The notes under the pieces: generated by a model
Seen by the model: only the letters and a program-made list of their open reading frames with translations
What the model was told of the DNA's origin: nothing
Databases searched by the model: none
Position numbers and translations under genes: made by a program
In this document: positions 1 to 8,065 of the stretch, one piece after another
How positions within the stretch are numbered: the first letter of the stretch is position 1
How the letters are laid out: the number at the start of each line of letters is the position of its first letter
NCBI GenBank assembly: GCA_049298815.1
Contig: JBAQWH010000603.1
Coordinates: forward strand, 1-46,683
Direction: 5' to 3'
DNA length: 46,683 nt
Origin: Thermoanaerobaculia bacterium
GTDB taxonomy: Bacteria; Acidobacteriota; Thermoanaerobaculia; Gp7-AA8

Positions 1-2
1 GG

Positions 3-407
3 CGAACCGTCATCCGCGACGCGGCGCCGGCAGGACCCGTCCGCGAGCCCGACCCGCTTGCCCGGGCTCTCATGGCGCGCTACAGCCACCACGTCCAGGA
101 GCGCCTCGGCGCCGTCTACCTCGATTCGCGCAACCGCATCCTGCGTGAGCGCGAGATCTACATCGGGACGGTGAACTCCGCGACGGTGTCGACACGAGAC
201 ATCCTTCGCCACGCGCTCGACGACCACGCCGCCGGCGTCATCGTCTTCCACAACCACCCCTCCGGCGATCCCGAGCCTTCGGCGGACGACCTCGTGTTCA
301 CGAGGAAGCTTGTCGAGGCCGGAAAGATCCTCGGCGTCACGATCGTCGACCACCTCATCCTCGGGTCCAACCGTTACGTCTCGCTCGAACAGCGGGGCAT
401 GCTGTGA
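3..407 (+). CDS. radC: RadC-like JAB/MPN domain protein, probably 5'-truncated by the window edge (internal ATG at 72)
   Basis: The translation carries the JAMM signature of the RadC family ('VIVFHNHPSGDPEPSADDLVFTRKLVEAGKILGVTIVDHLILG...RYVSLEQRG'). The frame stays open from nt 3 to the ATG at 72, and the residues upstream still look RadC-like. Confidence 0.85.
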   Translation, partial: RTVIRDAAPAGPVREPDPLARALMARYSHHVQERLGAVYLDSRNRILREREIYIGTVNSATVSTRDILRHALDDHAAGVIVFHNHPSGDPEPSADDLVFTRKLVEAGKILGVTIVDHLILGSNRYVSLEQRGML

Positions 408-413
408 CTTTCA

Positions 414-445
414 CGCGGGGCTGTTTGGCCCCGCGTTTCTTTATT
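414..445 (+). terminator. Rho-independent terminator after radC
   Basis: Hairpin CGCGGGGC-TGTTTG-GCCCCGCG (414-435) followed by TTTCTTTATT. It starts 7 nt after the TGA at 405-407. Confidence 0.7.
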
Positions 446-486
446 CATGGATCGGTTACCGGTGCAGTAGCCACCATCTACGCGTC

Positions 487-1905
487 TCACATGAAGTAGC
501 GGACGTGGTAGGGGTGCGGCGCGATCTGACCCACACGCTTCACGATGTCGGCAAGTGTATGGGCGAATCCGACAGTCACAGGCAAACGGTCGTACAGGGC
601 ATCGTTGTTCCAGTTCATTTTCGTCAGCCCCATGACGTAGCGCGCCGTGTCGACGAAATCACCATGGCCGGCGAATCGGCGCAGCAATATTGGGTGCGGA
701 ATGCCTTTACCTTCTTTGAAGTAGTTCGTGCCACCGGCAGCTTCTGGGGCATTCCCCTGTGTCCAGAGTAGACAATCGCGTCCGCCGAGCTGCAGCATCG
801 TCCCTCGGTCGCAGGGATATCCTGCCGGCATGTTCTTCCCTTCGATTTTCACGCCGATCCAGCCCGCGTCCTGTTGTATCTGGACGAGATCAAGTCCTGA
901 ATCCGAACTCCAAGCGTCGAAGCACCCCTCCACCTCGTCTGGCTTGAACTCCGTCGTCTTATGAACGACCAGGCGAACGGGGGTGCGTCCGGCGTGACGC
1001 TTCTGGTAGAGCGACAGACTTCGAGCAATGACGCGGCGCATGTCCGCCCGACTCAAAAAGGGATTGTCGCGTTCGACACGGACCTCGTCGGTCTCGTACG
1101 CCACGAACTCCAATCCAGCCCCGTCCGCGTCGAAGACCTGGCTGCAACATGTCACAAAGCGCCCGCCGCCCTGCTTCCGCAGGGCGTAGCTCAAGCCTAC
1201 GAACGCTACATCCTCGGCAGTTTCCGCCAGCTTCCACGGTACGCCGCCTGCCTTCACGTACAGAGCGATGCTCTGTCGCCACATGACACTGCACCGGCAC
1301 GGGTAGGCCAAGCCACGAGACTCACGGATCAATTGACATGGTAGGCCTCGCATTGCTGTGACCGCTTTGAGGTAGTCATGCAGATCAAAGTCGTCGCCTG
1401 GACCGCCAATGAACGCCGGAGCCCAACGATCAGGCAACGCGATCAACACCACGTCGAACTCGGTCCGCATCTGTTCGAGCGTGGCGAGCGCTTCGGTCAG
1501 CTTCTCCGCCAAGACAGCGTGCGGGTTTGCCGATGCCGAAATGGCCTGATCGACGTCCGCCGAGAGCCTGACATGCGCGCTCGCGGCAGCCTCCACGAGT
1601 CGAACACCGAACACGGTTGAGAACCCAGGGAAGGGAGGGAGGTACGCGAATCGTTCCCGGGGCTGATGCGCCTTCTGGAAGTCACGGAGGAACTGAGCCA
1701 CAGGGGCAGCCAGACTTGCGGGCGATATGGTCGCCACGCGGATCGGGTCGATGACACCTGCAAGGGCGGATCGTGAATACGGTCCGAACGCCAGCAGCCC
1801 CTTCAACGGGTGGACGTCCCGGTCTTCCGTTCGATCCGGATGGAATCGCAGGATGGGCTCTGCCAACCTGAGGTGCGGCACGAGCGTGGCAGGGTGTTTC
1901 GTCAT
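487..1905 (-). CDS. Short prokaryotic Argonaute (MID-PIWI only, predicted catalytically inactive)
   Basis: About 473 aa with no N/PAZ region. It has the Ago hallmark 'SIALYVKAGGVPWKL' and a MID pocket-like 'DLHDYLKA...CQLI'. The PIWI strand 'VAFVGLSYAL' lacks the catalytic Asp. The C-terminus is 'HPYHVRYFM'. The ATG at 1905 overlaps the upstream stop as ATGA (1902-1905). The longest ORF starts at TTG 1920. Confidence 0.88.
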   Translation of the reverse strand: MTKHPATLVPHLRLAEPILRFHPDRTEDRDVHPLKGLLAFGPYSRSALAGVIDPIRVATISPASLAAPVAQFLRDFQKAHQPRERFAYLPPFPGFSTVFGVRLVEAAASAHVRLSADVDQAISASANPHAVLAEKLTEALATLEQMRTEFDVVLIALPDRWAPAFIGGPGDDFDLHDYLKAVTAMRGLPCQLIRESRGLAYPCRCSVMWRQSIALYVKAGGVPWKLAETAEDVAFVGLSYALRKQGGGRFVTCCSQVFDADGAGLEFVAYETDEVRVERDNPFLSRADMRRVIARSLSLYQKRHAGRTPVRLVVHKTTEFKPDEVEGCFDAWSSDSGLDLVQIQQDAGWIGVKIEGKNMPAGYPCDRGTMLQLGGRDCLLWTQGNAPEAAGGTNYFKEGKGIPHPILLRRFAGHGDFVDTARYVMGLTKMNWNNDALYDRLPVTVGFAHTLADIVKRVGQIAPHPYHVRYFM

Positions 1906-3617
1906 GATTTCAGTCGCCAACTAAATGCAGAGACACGATTCAGAGTGAACGCCGCGTCGAGTCCGTCCCCAATACCAAATGCCGCCACGCGCAAGTCCTG
2001 CTCGCTCCCGAATAGGAGCGACAGCCAGGCGTCGAGCAGCCGCGAGTGCTTCGCGTTGTAGAGCTTCGCCGAAACCTCCCTCGCAAAGTCTTTGACGATC
2101 TGAGCGTCGCCGTCGTCGTTCGGGTGCTCTACGGTGAGTGTCGGTTCGAGCAACAGCCACACGCGCTCAAACCGCATGTCGAGTCGAATCTCGAGACTCG
2201 GCTCGCAACGGAGCGATGTTCTCGGGACGGTATCTCCGACTCCGAGGAGGGTTCGCAGGGCTCCTGCGCGAGCATCCGCATGCGGAAGCGTCAGCCGAAA
2301 CCGGCCACCACGCCGCGAGAGGTCGAGTTGTCGCGCGCGACCCAGCCCGCGAGCGAGAGCCTCGGAGAGCATCGACATTTCGATGGAGTCGTACGCGAGG
2401 CGACGCTTCTCAATCTGATGGACGTCGAACCGTGTGATGGTGAAAGGCTCAAACGTGCGGCGGACTTCGTCATCGCTGCCGAACGCGAGGACTCCAACGT
2501 TGCGTCGTCCACCCACGACGTTCGCATTCGCCGTCCGAATCGCTTCTTGGACATCGCGCTGCCCGCCGATATCACACACAACGAGCCGACATACTGACGG
2601 CAGCGAAGTGACGCCGAGTGCGTTCGTGCGCACGACGGGGTACGCACCCTGCCCCGAAGGGTGCGGGGCGAACGTCAGTCGTTCGGTCTTCTTCTCAATC
2701 TTCGCCGCAACATCATCCGGCACGGACGCGAACTGTCCCATGACGTCGCCGAGGAGTTCGTCGAACGTCTCAACCTCCACCTTGTGGGCGTCGATGCCCC
2801 GATCCGCGGCAGTAGCCAAAAGCGTGTCTACGCGCTCGAAGGTTATGCCGTCGGAGCGAACCATCCAGAACAGGCCGAACGGGAAGGCGCCCTTCTGCCG
2901 TGCCGCCTCCTCCAGGACGTCCATGATCGAATGATCACGGCCGCTATACCCGACGACGATCAATCCAAATCGCTTGGAGGCCTCACTGAGTGCGTGTCGC
3001 ATCGCCGCGTCCTGCGTACGCAGCTCTTCGGTCGTGTTCTTCAGTCGTTCTGACTGGAAGTCCCCGTGCAACTTGACCACCAATGGGAAGCTCTGATCGT
3101 TCAGAGCACGCAGTGCGACATCCGCGGATTCGATCGCCGCAACCGTGACCGCCGACGACCCGCCGAACATGTCGTACGCGGCATCTTCGACCACGCGGTC
3201 AAAGTTCGTCGTCCACACGACACGAGCCGCGTCCATGCGCATGAGCGCGGCGAGCCCCCGATGCCCGAAGGAGGGTCGCGCGCCTGTGAGCAAGCCACTT
3301 AGAGCCGTCCGTCGATCCTTCGCGTCGGGGTAGGCGAACTCGAAGAGTGATGCGTACTCATCGGCATCCCCCGCCTTCGGAAACCGGCCGGTTGCGTCCA
3401 AGTAACCTTGAATCCGCTGCCGAACCCCCGCATCGGCGAGGTCGCCGATTGCCGACAGCGACAACTTCTGCTCCGTCGCGTAGATCGAACGCTTGAAGGA
3501 CCACATCAGGTCGGTCGCCGTCGGGACGCGTGCGCCCGCTGACGCGCCAGCACCGAGGAACCACATAAGATTCTTCGATCGGAGCGGATAGACACGCAGG
3601 AACTCAGGAAGTCGCAT
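1902..3617 (-). CDS. SIR2-APAZ protein (NADase effector partner of short pAgo)
   Basis: SIR2 motifs 'FLGAGASAGARVPT', 'VWTTNFDRVVE', 'VVKLHGDF' and 'VVGYSGRD' occupy the N-terminal half. The C-terminal half is a ~300-aa non-SIR2 region. The gene is ATGA-coupled to the short pAgo downstream. Possible starts are ATG 3617 or GTG 3620, and both overlap the res stop at 3604-3606. Confidence 0.85.
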   Translation of the reverse strand: MRLPEFLRVYPLRSKNLMWFLGAGASAGARVPTATDLMWSFKRSIYATEQKLSLSAIGDLADAGVRQRIQGYLDATGRFPKAGDADEYASLFEFAYPDAKDRRTALSGLLTGARPSFGHRGLAALMRMDAARVVWTTNFDRVVEDAAYDMFGGSSAVTVAAIESADVALRALNDQSFPLVVKLHGDFQSERLKNTTEELRTQDAAMRHALSEASKRFGLIVVGYSGRDHSIMDVLEEAARQKGAFPFGLFWMVRSDGITFERVDTLLATAADRGIDAHKVEVETFDELLGDVMGQFASVPDDVAAKIEKKTERLTFAPHPSGQGAYPVVRTNALGVTSLPSVCRLVVCDIGGQRDVQEAIRTANANVVGGRRNVGVLAFGSDDEVRRTFEPFTITRFDVHQIEKRRLAYDSIEMSMLSEALARGLGRARQLDLSRRGGRFRLTLPHADARAGALRTLLGVGDTVPRTSLRCEPSLEIRLDMRFERVWLLLEPTLTVEHPNDDGDAQIVKDFAREVSAKLYNAKHSRLLDAWLSLLFGSEQDLRVAAFGIGDGLDAAFTLNRVSAFSWRLKS

Positions 3618-6330
3618 CACGAGAGCACGCCTGAGTTAGTGCCGCGAGTGTGGCGTTGCCATTCACCGCATCATGCGGGATGAGCAGGTAGCGCCAGGGC
3701 TTCCCGTCGATCGAGCCTTCGTGCTTCGAGGCACGCTCGCACCATGCGACGGCGGCCTTCGCCTTCGCCTCGACCTCAGGGTCGGTCATTTCGTTTGTCG
3801 CCTTGATCTCGCAGATGAGCTTCTCGTCGGCCGTCTCGACGACGAAGTCGGGGACGTACTCCTGGTCGCCGCGGCCGTAGCGGTAGAAGATCCGGAGGAT
3901 GCCGCTGCTCGGGCGGAACCACTTGTCGACGCTCTTCGTGTCTTCGAGGAGGACGGAGAAGCGGCGCTCCGTGTCGGAGTCGAACTTCGCGCTCTCGTAG
4001 AGCGCCTTCTGGAAGCCGGTGAAGAGCATCCCGCGGATGTACTGCTTGTCGTCGACGGGCGCGCGGAACGACCGCGGCGACTCCCCGGCGGGGAGCGAGA
4101 AGCTGCTCGGGCGGAGCGAGACAAAGCCCTTCGCGACCTTCACGTCGAGGTCGGACTGCGTTTCCCAGTAGTGCTCCTGCATCTGCGCGTGCACGAGCTC
4201 CGCGAGCGGGCGCTGGTAGTACTGGAGGACGTTCGTGACCTCGTCGTCATCCTTCAGATACGAGCGAAGGTGCGTGACGACCTGGCCGGCAAGCTTGTAG
4301 AGGAGTTCCGACTGGTCGTCATAGGAGATGTCGTCTTCCAGAACGAGTGGGCTCACGACGTAGTTCTCAAGACGAGGCTCCTGCGGTGCCATCCGTCCAG
4401 CGGTCAACGTGTCGCGCTTGTGGGTCTGCAGGTGTTGAATCAGGATGTCGTCATCCACCGGCTGGTACCTGAGGTTCGCGAGGTTCAGGTCGAAGTCCCG
4501 GAATCCGGAGGTGATCTCGCCCGTCGGTACGACGCTGATGCGCGGGATGTCGATCGTCTTCTCGGCACGTAGCGCCAGCGTCTTCTCCACGTCGGCCGCG
4601 ATGTCGGGCCTCTCCACGATGCCCTCGATGGTCTGCTGACCCGCGTTGTAGGCCTCAGTCACCTTCTGAATGATCTGCGCCTTGATCTCGGGTTTCTGAA
4701 GGTCACGCGAACTCGGCAGCCGTTCGAAGTCCTTCACGACGTCCATCGTGATCTTCGCCACCCGCTGCGATTCGATCGTCGGGAACGGGTGCTGCGCGGC
4801 GCCCTTGATGCCGAGTTGGGTCGCATTGGGTCTGTCTGCGATGACGCCCGTCTGGACGGACGGCGTGGGTGAGGGGCCGACGAGGACGTCAATCCACGGC
4901 TTCACCTCGACGCTCTGCTTCTTCTCGAGCGGAACGTGCGTCACGACGATGCCGCCACGAATCGCGGAGTCCGGCCGGTTCGCCTCGTCGACGATCTCCT
5001 GGAAGCGGTCGTGCGCGACGATGGTTAGGCGGTCGACGGCGGTGACCCCGACGCGCTTCGCGTACGGAAGCCGTAATCCCCGCCCGATCGACTGCTCGAC
5101 GAGCGTCTTCGAGTTCGCCGTGCGAAGCGGGACGATCGTGTAGAGGTTCGTGACGTCCCAGCCCTCCTTCAACATGTTCACGTGGATGACGATCTCGGTC
5201 TTTTCGTCCGGACTCTCGACCGCGAGGAGACTCGCGATGACCTCGTCCTTTTCCTCGCCCTTCTGGTTTGAGTGGACCGTGATGACCCGGTCGCGGTAGC
5301 GGCCCTCGAAGAACTGGTCCTCCTCGATGAGCTTCTGGAGCGCGTTCGCGTGCTCCGTGTCCTTCGCGACGACGAGCACGAACGGCTTCACGATTGGCTG
5401 GTCGTAGTTCCGCGCGTACGTTTCGAGCTCGACCTTCGTCGCCTCGTGGACGCGCACGCCGTCTTCGAGCTTCAGCCGTTCTAGCTGCTCGGGCGTATAC
5501 GCATCTGCGTTGAAGTTCTCGCGTGTCGCGACGGCCGGTTCTTTCACGAAGCCATCCGCAATCGCTTGCGAGAGCGGGTAGCTGTAGATGATGTTCTTGA
5601 ACGGGATCGGGGCCTTCGAGCCCTGCTCGACCTGCGGCGTCGCCGTCAGCTCGAGGCCGAGGATCGGCTTCAGCTCGTTCAGGACGCGGACGCCGGCCTC
5701 TGCGCGGTACCGGTGCGACTCGTCCATGATGAGCACGAGGTCGGGAAGGCCCGCGAGGTACTCGAAGTAGCTCGTCCCGATGTACTCCGCGAGCCGCTTG
5801 ATCTTCGGAGTCTTTCCGCCGCGCACCTCGGCGTTGATCTTCGAGATGTTGAAGATGTTGATGTGGACGTCGTCGAAGAGCGTCGTCTGGACCCGCGTCC
5901 CCTGACCCCGCTCGTAGTCATCGCCGGTGATGATGACCGGCGGGTTGTTCGCGAACTCCGAGATTCCGTTCAGCACGTACTTCGGATGTCCGGGCGTGAA
6001 GTCCCGAATGAGCTTGTTGTAGATCGTGAGGTTCGGCGCGAGGACGAAGAAGTGGCGGATGCCCTTCGTCTGGTAGAGATAAGCGATGAAGGCGCCCATG
6101 AGGCGCGTCTTGCCGACGCCCGTAGCGAGGGCAAAGCAGAGCGACGGGAACTCGCGCTCGAAGTCCTCGACCGACGGATACTCGGACCGGATGATGTCGA
6201 GCGCCGCCGTCACGTCCGTGTCCTTCGCCGGCGGAACGATCTCTGTCACCCGCGCTAGGATCTCGAGCGCGTCGCGCTGCGGCGGGCGGAGGCTCAGGCG
6301 ACCGCTGATGGAGTTCACGTGACGGTTCAT
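3604..6330 (-). CDS. res: Type III restriction enzyme Res subunit (SF2 helicase plus C-terminal nuclease)
   Basis: Helicase motifs 'LATGVGKTRLMG', 'LIMDESHRY', 'LELTATP' and 'GRGLRL', plus a C-terminal PD-(D/E)xK-like 'YVPDFVVE...LICEIKA'. ATG 6330 overlaps the mod stop (ATGA 6327-6330). The 53 extra N-terminal codons in the ORF track lie inside mod and are Arg/Gly-rich. Confidence 0.85.
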   Translation of the reverse strand: MNRHVNSISGRLSLRPPQRDALEILARVTEIVPPAKDTDVTAALDIIRSEYPSVEDFEREFPSLCFALATGVGKTRLMGAFIAYLYQTKGIRHFFVLAPNLTIYNKLIRDFTPGHPKYVLNGISEFANNPPVIITGDDYERGQGTRVQTTLFDDVHINIFNISKINAEVRGGKTPKIKRLAEYIGTSYFEYLAGLPDLVLIMDESHRYRAEAGVRVLNELKPILGLELTATPQVEQGSKAPIPFKNIIYSYPLSQAIADGFVKEPAVATRENFNADAYTPEQLERLKLEDGVRVHEATKVELETYARNYDQPIVKPFVLVVAKDTEHANALQKLIEEDQFFEGRYRDRVITVHSNQKGEEKDEVIASLLAVESPDEKTEIVIHVNMLKEGWDVTNLYTIVPLRTANSKTLVEQSIGRGLRLPYAKRVGVTAVDRLTIVAHDRFQEIVDEANRPDSAIRGGIVVTHVPLEKKQSVEVKPWIDVLVGPSPTPSVQTGVIADRPNATQLGIKGAAQHPFPTIESQRVAKITMDVVKDFERLPSSRDLQKPEIKAQIIQKVTEAYNAGQQTIEGIVERPDIAADVEKTLALRAEKTIDIPRISVVPTGEITSGFRDFDLNLANLRYQPVDDDILIQHLQTHKRDTLTAGRMAPQEPRLENYVVSPLVLEDDISYDDQSELLYKLAGQVVTHLRSYLKDDDEVTNVLQYYQRPLAELVHAQMQEHYWETQSDLDVKVAKGFVSLRPSSFSLPAGESPRSFRAPVDDKQYIRGMLFTGFQKALYESAKFDSDTERRFSVLLEDTKSVDKWFRPSSGILRIFYRYGRGDQEYVPDFVVETADEKLICEIKATNEMTDPEVEAKAKAAVAWCERASKHEGSIDGKPWRYLLIPHDAVNGNATLAALTQACSRDATS

Positions 6331-8009
6331 TTCGTGGGGGCGATATCGAAGAGCGAGAGGGAGTCCTCCGTCGCGCTCTTCTTCGCCTTTCCTTTCGCGG
6401 ATTTCGCGGGAGGCTCGTCGTCTGCCACGCCGAGGTCCGCCGCCGCGGGAAGATTCTTGATCTGGAGGCTGTAGTCGTCGCGGCCCCACTCGCAGCGCGA
6501 GAGCACCGCGTGCGGGATCTTCTTGATCGTGAGGTTGGCGAAGGCGTCGGGTTTCGCGCGGAAGGCGGCGCAGCAGACGAGGAGCGTCCGCCCCTCGCCG
6601 ACTTCATCGCTCAGGGACTGAAGCTGATCGCGCGTGAGCTTCTGCGTCGTGACGTAGATGAAGTCGCGTTCCGTGGAGTAGCCCTGCTGCCAGTAGATGT
6701 CCGTCGGCGCGTACGTGAAGCCTTCGAGCTTGCAGACGGCCTCGGCGAGCATGTCGGCGTTGTAGCCCTTGTTGATGACCGGGTTGCCCCACTTGTCCTT
6801 CTCGATGAGGGACGAAGCGAGCTTGAAGTAGCGGAAGCCGCCTCCGCCCTTCCAATCGACGGCTTCGGTAATGCCTCCTGCATCGGTACCGTCGACGACC
6901 TTACGAAGGCGCGGAACAATGTGCGTCTTCGCGTGCTCGCCGAGTTCCACCATGATCCAGCGGCGGCCCATTTTGTGAGCAACGGCCCCCGTGGTCCCAG
7001 ATCCCGCGAACGAGTCCAGAACAATGTCACCTGGATCAGATGCGATGTGGATGATCCGCTGAAGCAGACGCTCAGGCTTCGGCGTAGAGAAGATGTCATC
7101 CCGACCAAAGATGCGGGTCACTTCTTGCTTAGCTTCTCGATTGTTCCCAACTTCCTCGTGCGACCAGACAGTAGTGGGCACCAATTCGCCCAACTCGGAA
7201 CGGAAACGCTTTCTGAAGGGAAAGGTCTTTCCAGTCTTTCCCCACCAGAGCCGGTTGTCGGCCGCAAGACCATAGAATGTCTCTCTTGAGATGCTCCACC
7301 ACCGGTTCGCACGAGGAGCGAACACGTCACCATGCGGTCCGGTGACCTCATATTTGCCGTCGGCGTACGACTTCGAAGCCGTTAGATCCGAGCGCCGCCA
7401 ATCCCCTCGTGGGTCAGAATCAGGATTCCAGAAGTCGGCATCGCTTGCTTCCGTCCGCCCAACCTTGTTGCGGCGCCAGCTCTCAATCTCTTTCGCATAC
7501 ACAAGAATGAAGTCGTGATCGGCAGAGAAAAACTGAGCGGAGTTGTTACGGGCGTGCAGCTTCTGCCAAATGACGGTCGCAACGAAGTTTCGGCGTCCAA
7601 ACACCTCGTCCAGGAGCACCTTCAGGTAGTGCCCTTCATTGTCATCGATATTGATCCAAATGCTTCCGTCATTGCGCAGTGTGCGACGAAGCAGTTCGAG
7701 GCGGTCCCGCATCAAGGACAGCCAAAGCGAATGCTCGATTCCGTCGTCATAGTGTTCAAACGCTGAGCCGGTGTTGTACGGCGGATCAATGTACACACAC
7801 CTCACTTTGCCAGTGAACTCCTGCTCCAAAGCCTTCAGAGCGAGTAGGTTGTCCCCGAAGATGAGACGGTTGTCGAAGATGTCGTTAGGTCCGACTCGAT
7901 GCGCGGCGTGGTACGACAGCTCAGGATCTTCCAACAGGATGCGCGGCTCGAGACGAGGCCGCTGATCCTTTCCGATCCACTGCAGTTCGAGTTTCTGATT
8001 CCTGGCCAT
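6327..8009 (-). CDS. mod: Type III DNA methyltransferase Mod (beta-class N6-adenine/N4-cytosine MTase)
   Basis: Motif IV 'VYIDPPYNTG' precedes motif I 'VLDSFAGSGTTG'. The N-terminus 'MARNQKLELQWIGK' is typical of Type III Mod. An AAGGA Shine-Dalgarno lies 5 nt upstream of ATG 8009. Confidence 0.9.
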   Translation of the reverse strand: MARNQKLELQWIGKDQRPRLEPRILLEDPELSYHAAHRVGPNDIFDNRLIFGDNLLALKALEQEFTGKVRCVYIDPPYNTGSAFEHYDDGIEHSLWLSLMRDRLELLRRTLRNDGSIWINIDDNEGHYLKVLLDEVFGRRNFVATVIWQKLHARNNSAQFFSADHDFILVYAKEIESWRRNKVGRTEASDADFWNPDSDPRGDWRRSDLTASKSYADGKYEVTGPHGDVFAPRANRWWSISRETFYGLAADNRLWWGKTGKTFPFRKRFRSELGELVPTTVWSHEEVGNNREAKQEVTRIFGRDDIFSTPKPERLLQRIIHIASDPGDIVLDSFAGSGTTGAVAHKMGRRWIMVELGEHAKTHIVPRLRKVVDGTDAGGITEAVDWKGGGGFRYFKLASSLIEKDKWGNPVINKGYNADMLAEAVCKLEGFTYAPTDIYWQQGYSTERDFIYVTTQKLTRDQLQSLSDEVGEGRTLLVCCAAFRAKPDAFANLTIKKIPHAVLSRCEWGRDDYSLQIKNLPAAADLGVADDEPPAKSAKGKAKKSATEDSLSLFDIAPTK

Positions 8010-8065
8010 TCAGTCCTTACAAGTAGGGCGTTCCGTCAGCGAAAACTGTACAGGCTTTGCGAGGC

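Noticed and set aside
6331-6489. N-terminal extensions offered by the ORF track for res (to 6489), the oxidoreductase alpha subunit (from 30319), the FN3 giant (to 44919), the 249-aa protein (to 45544), ArsR (from 23840) and the zinc-ribbon protein (to 14373).
   Set aside because: The extensions overlap upstream genes or intergenic repeats and are Arg/Pro/Gly-rich. Each also skips an internal start that has a Shine-Dalgarno, an ATGA coupling or a signal peptide directly after it.
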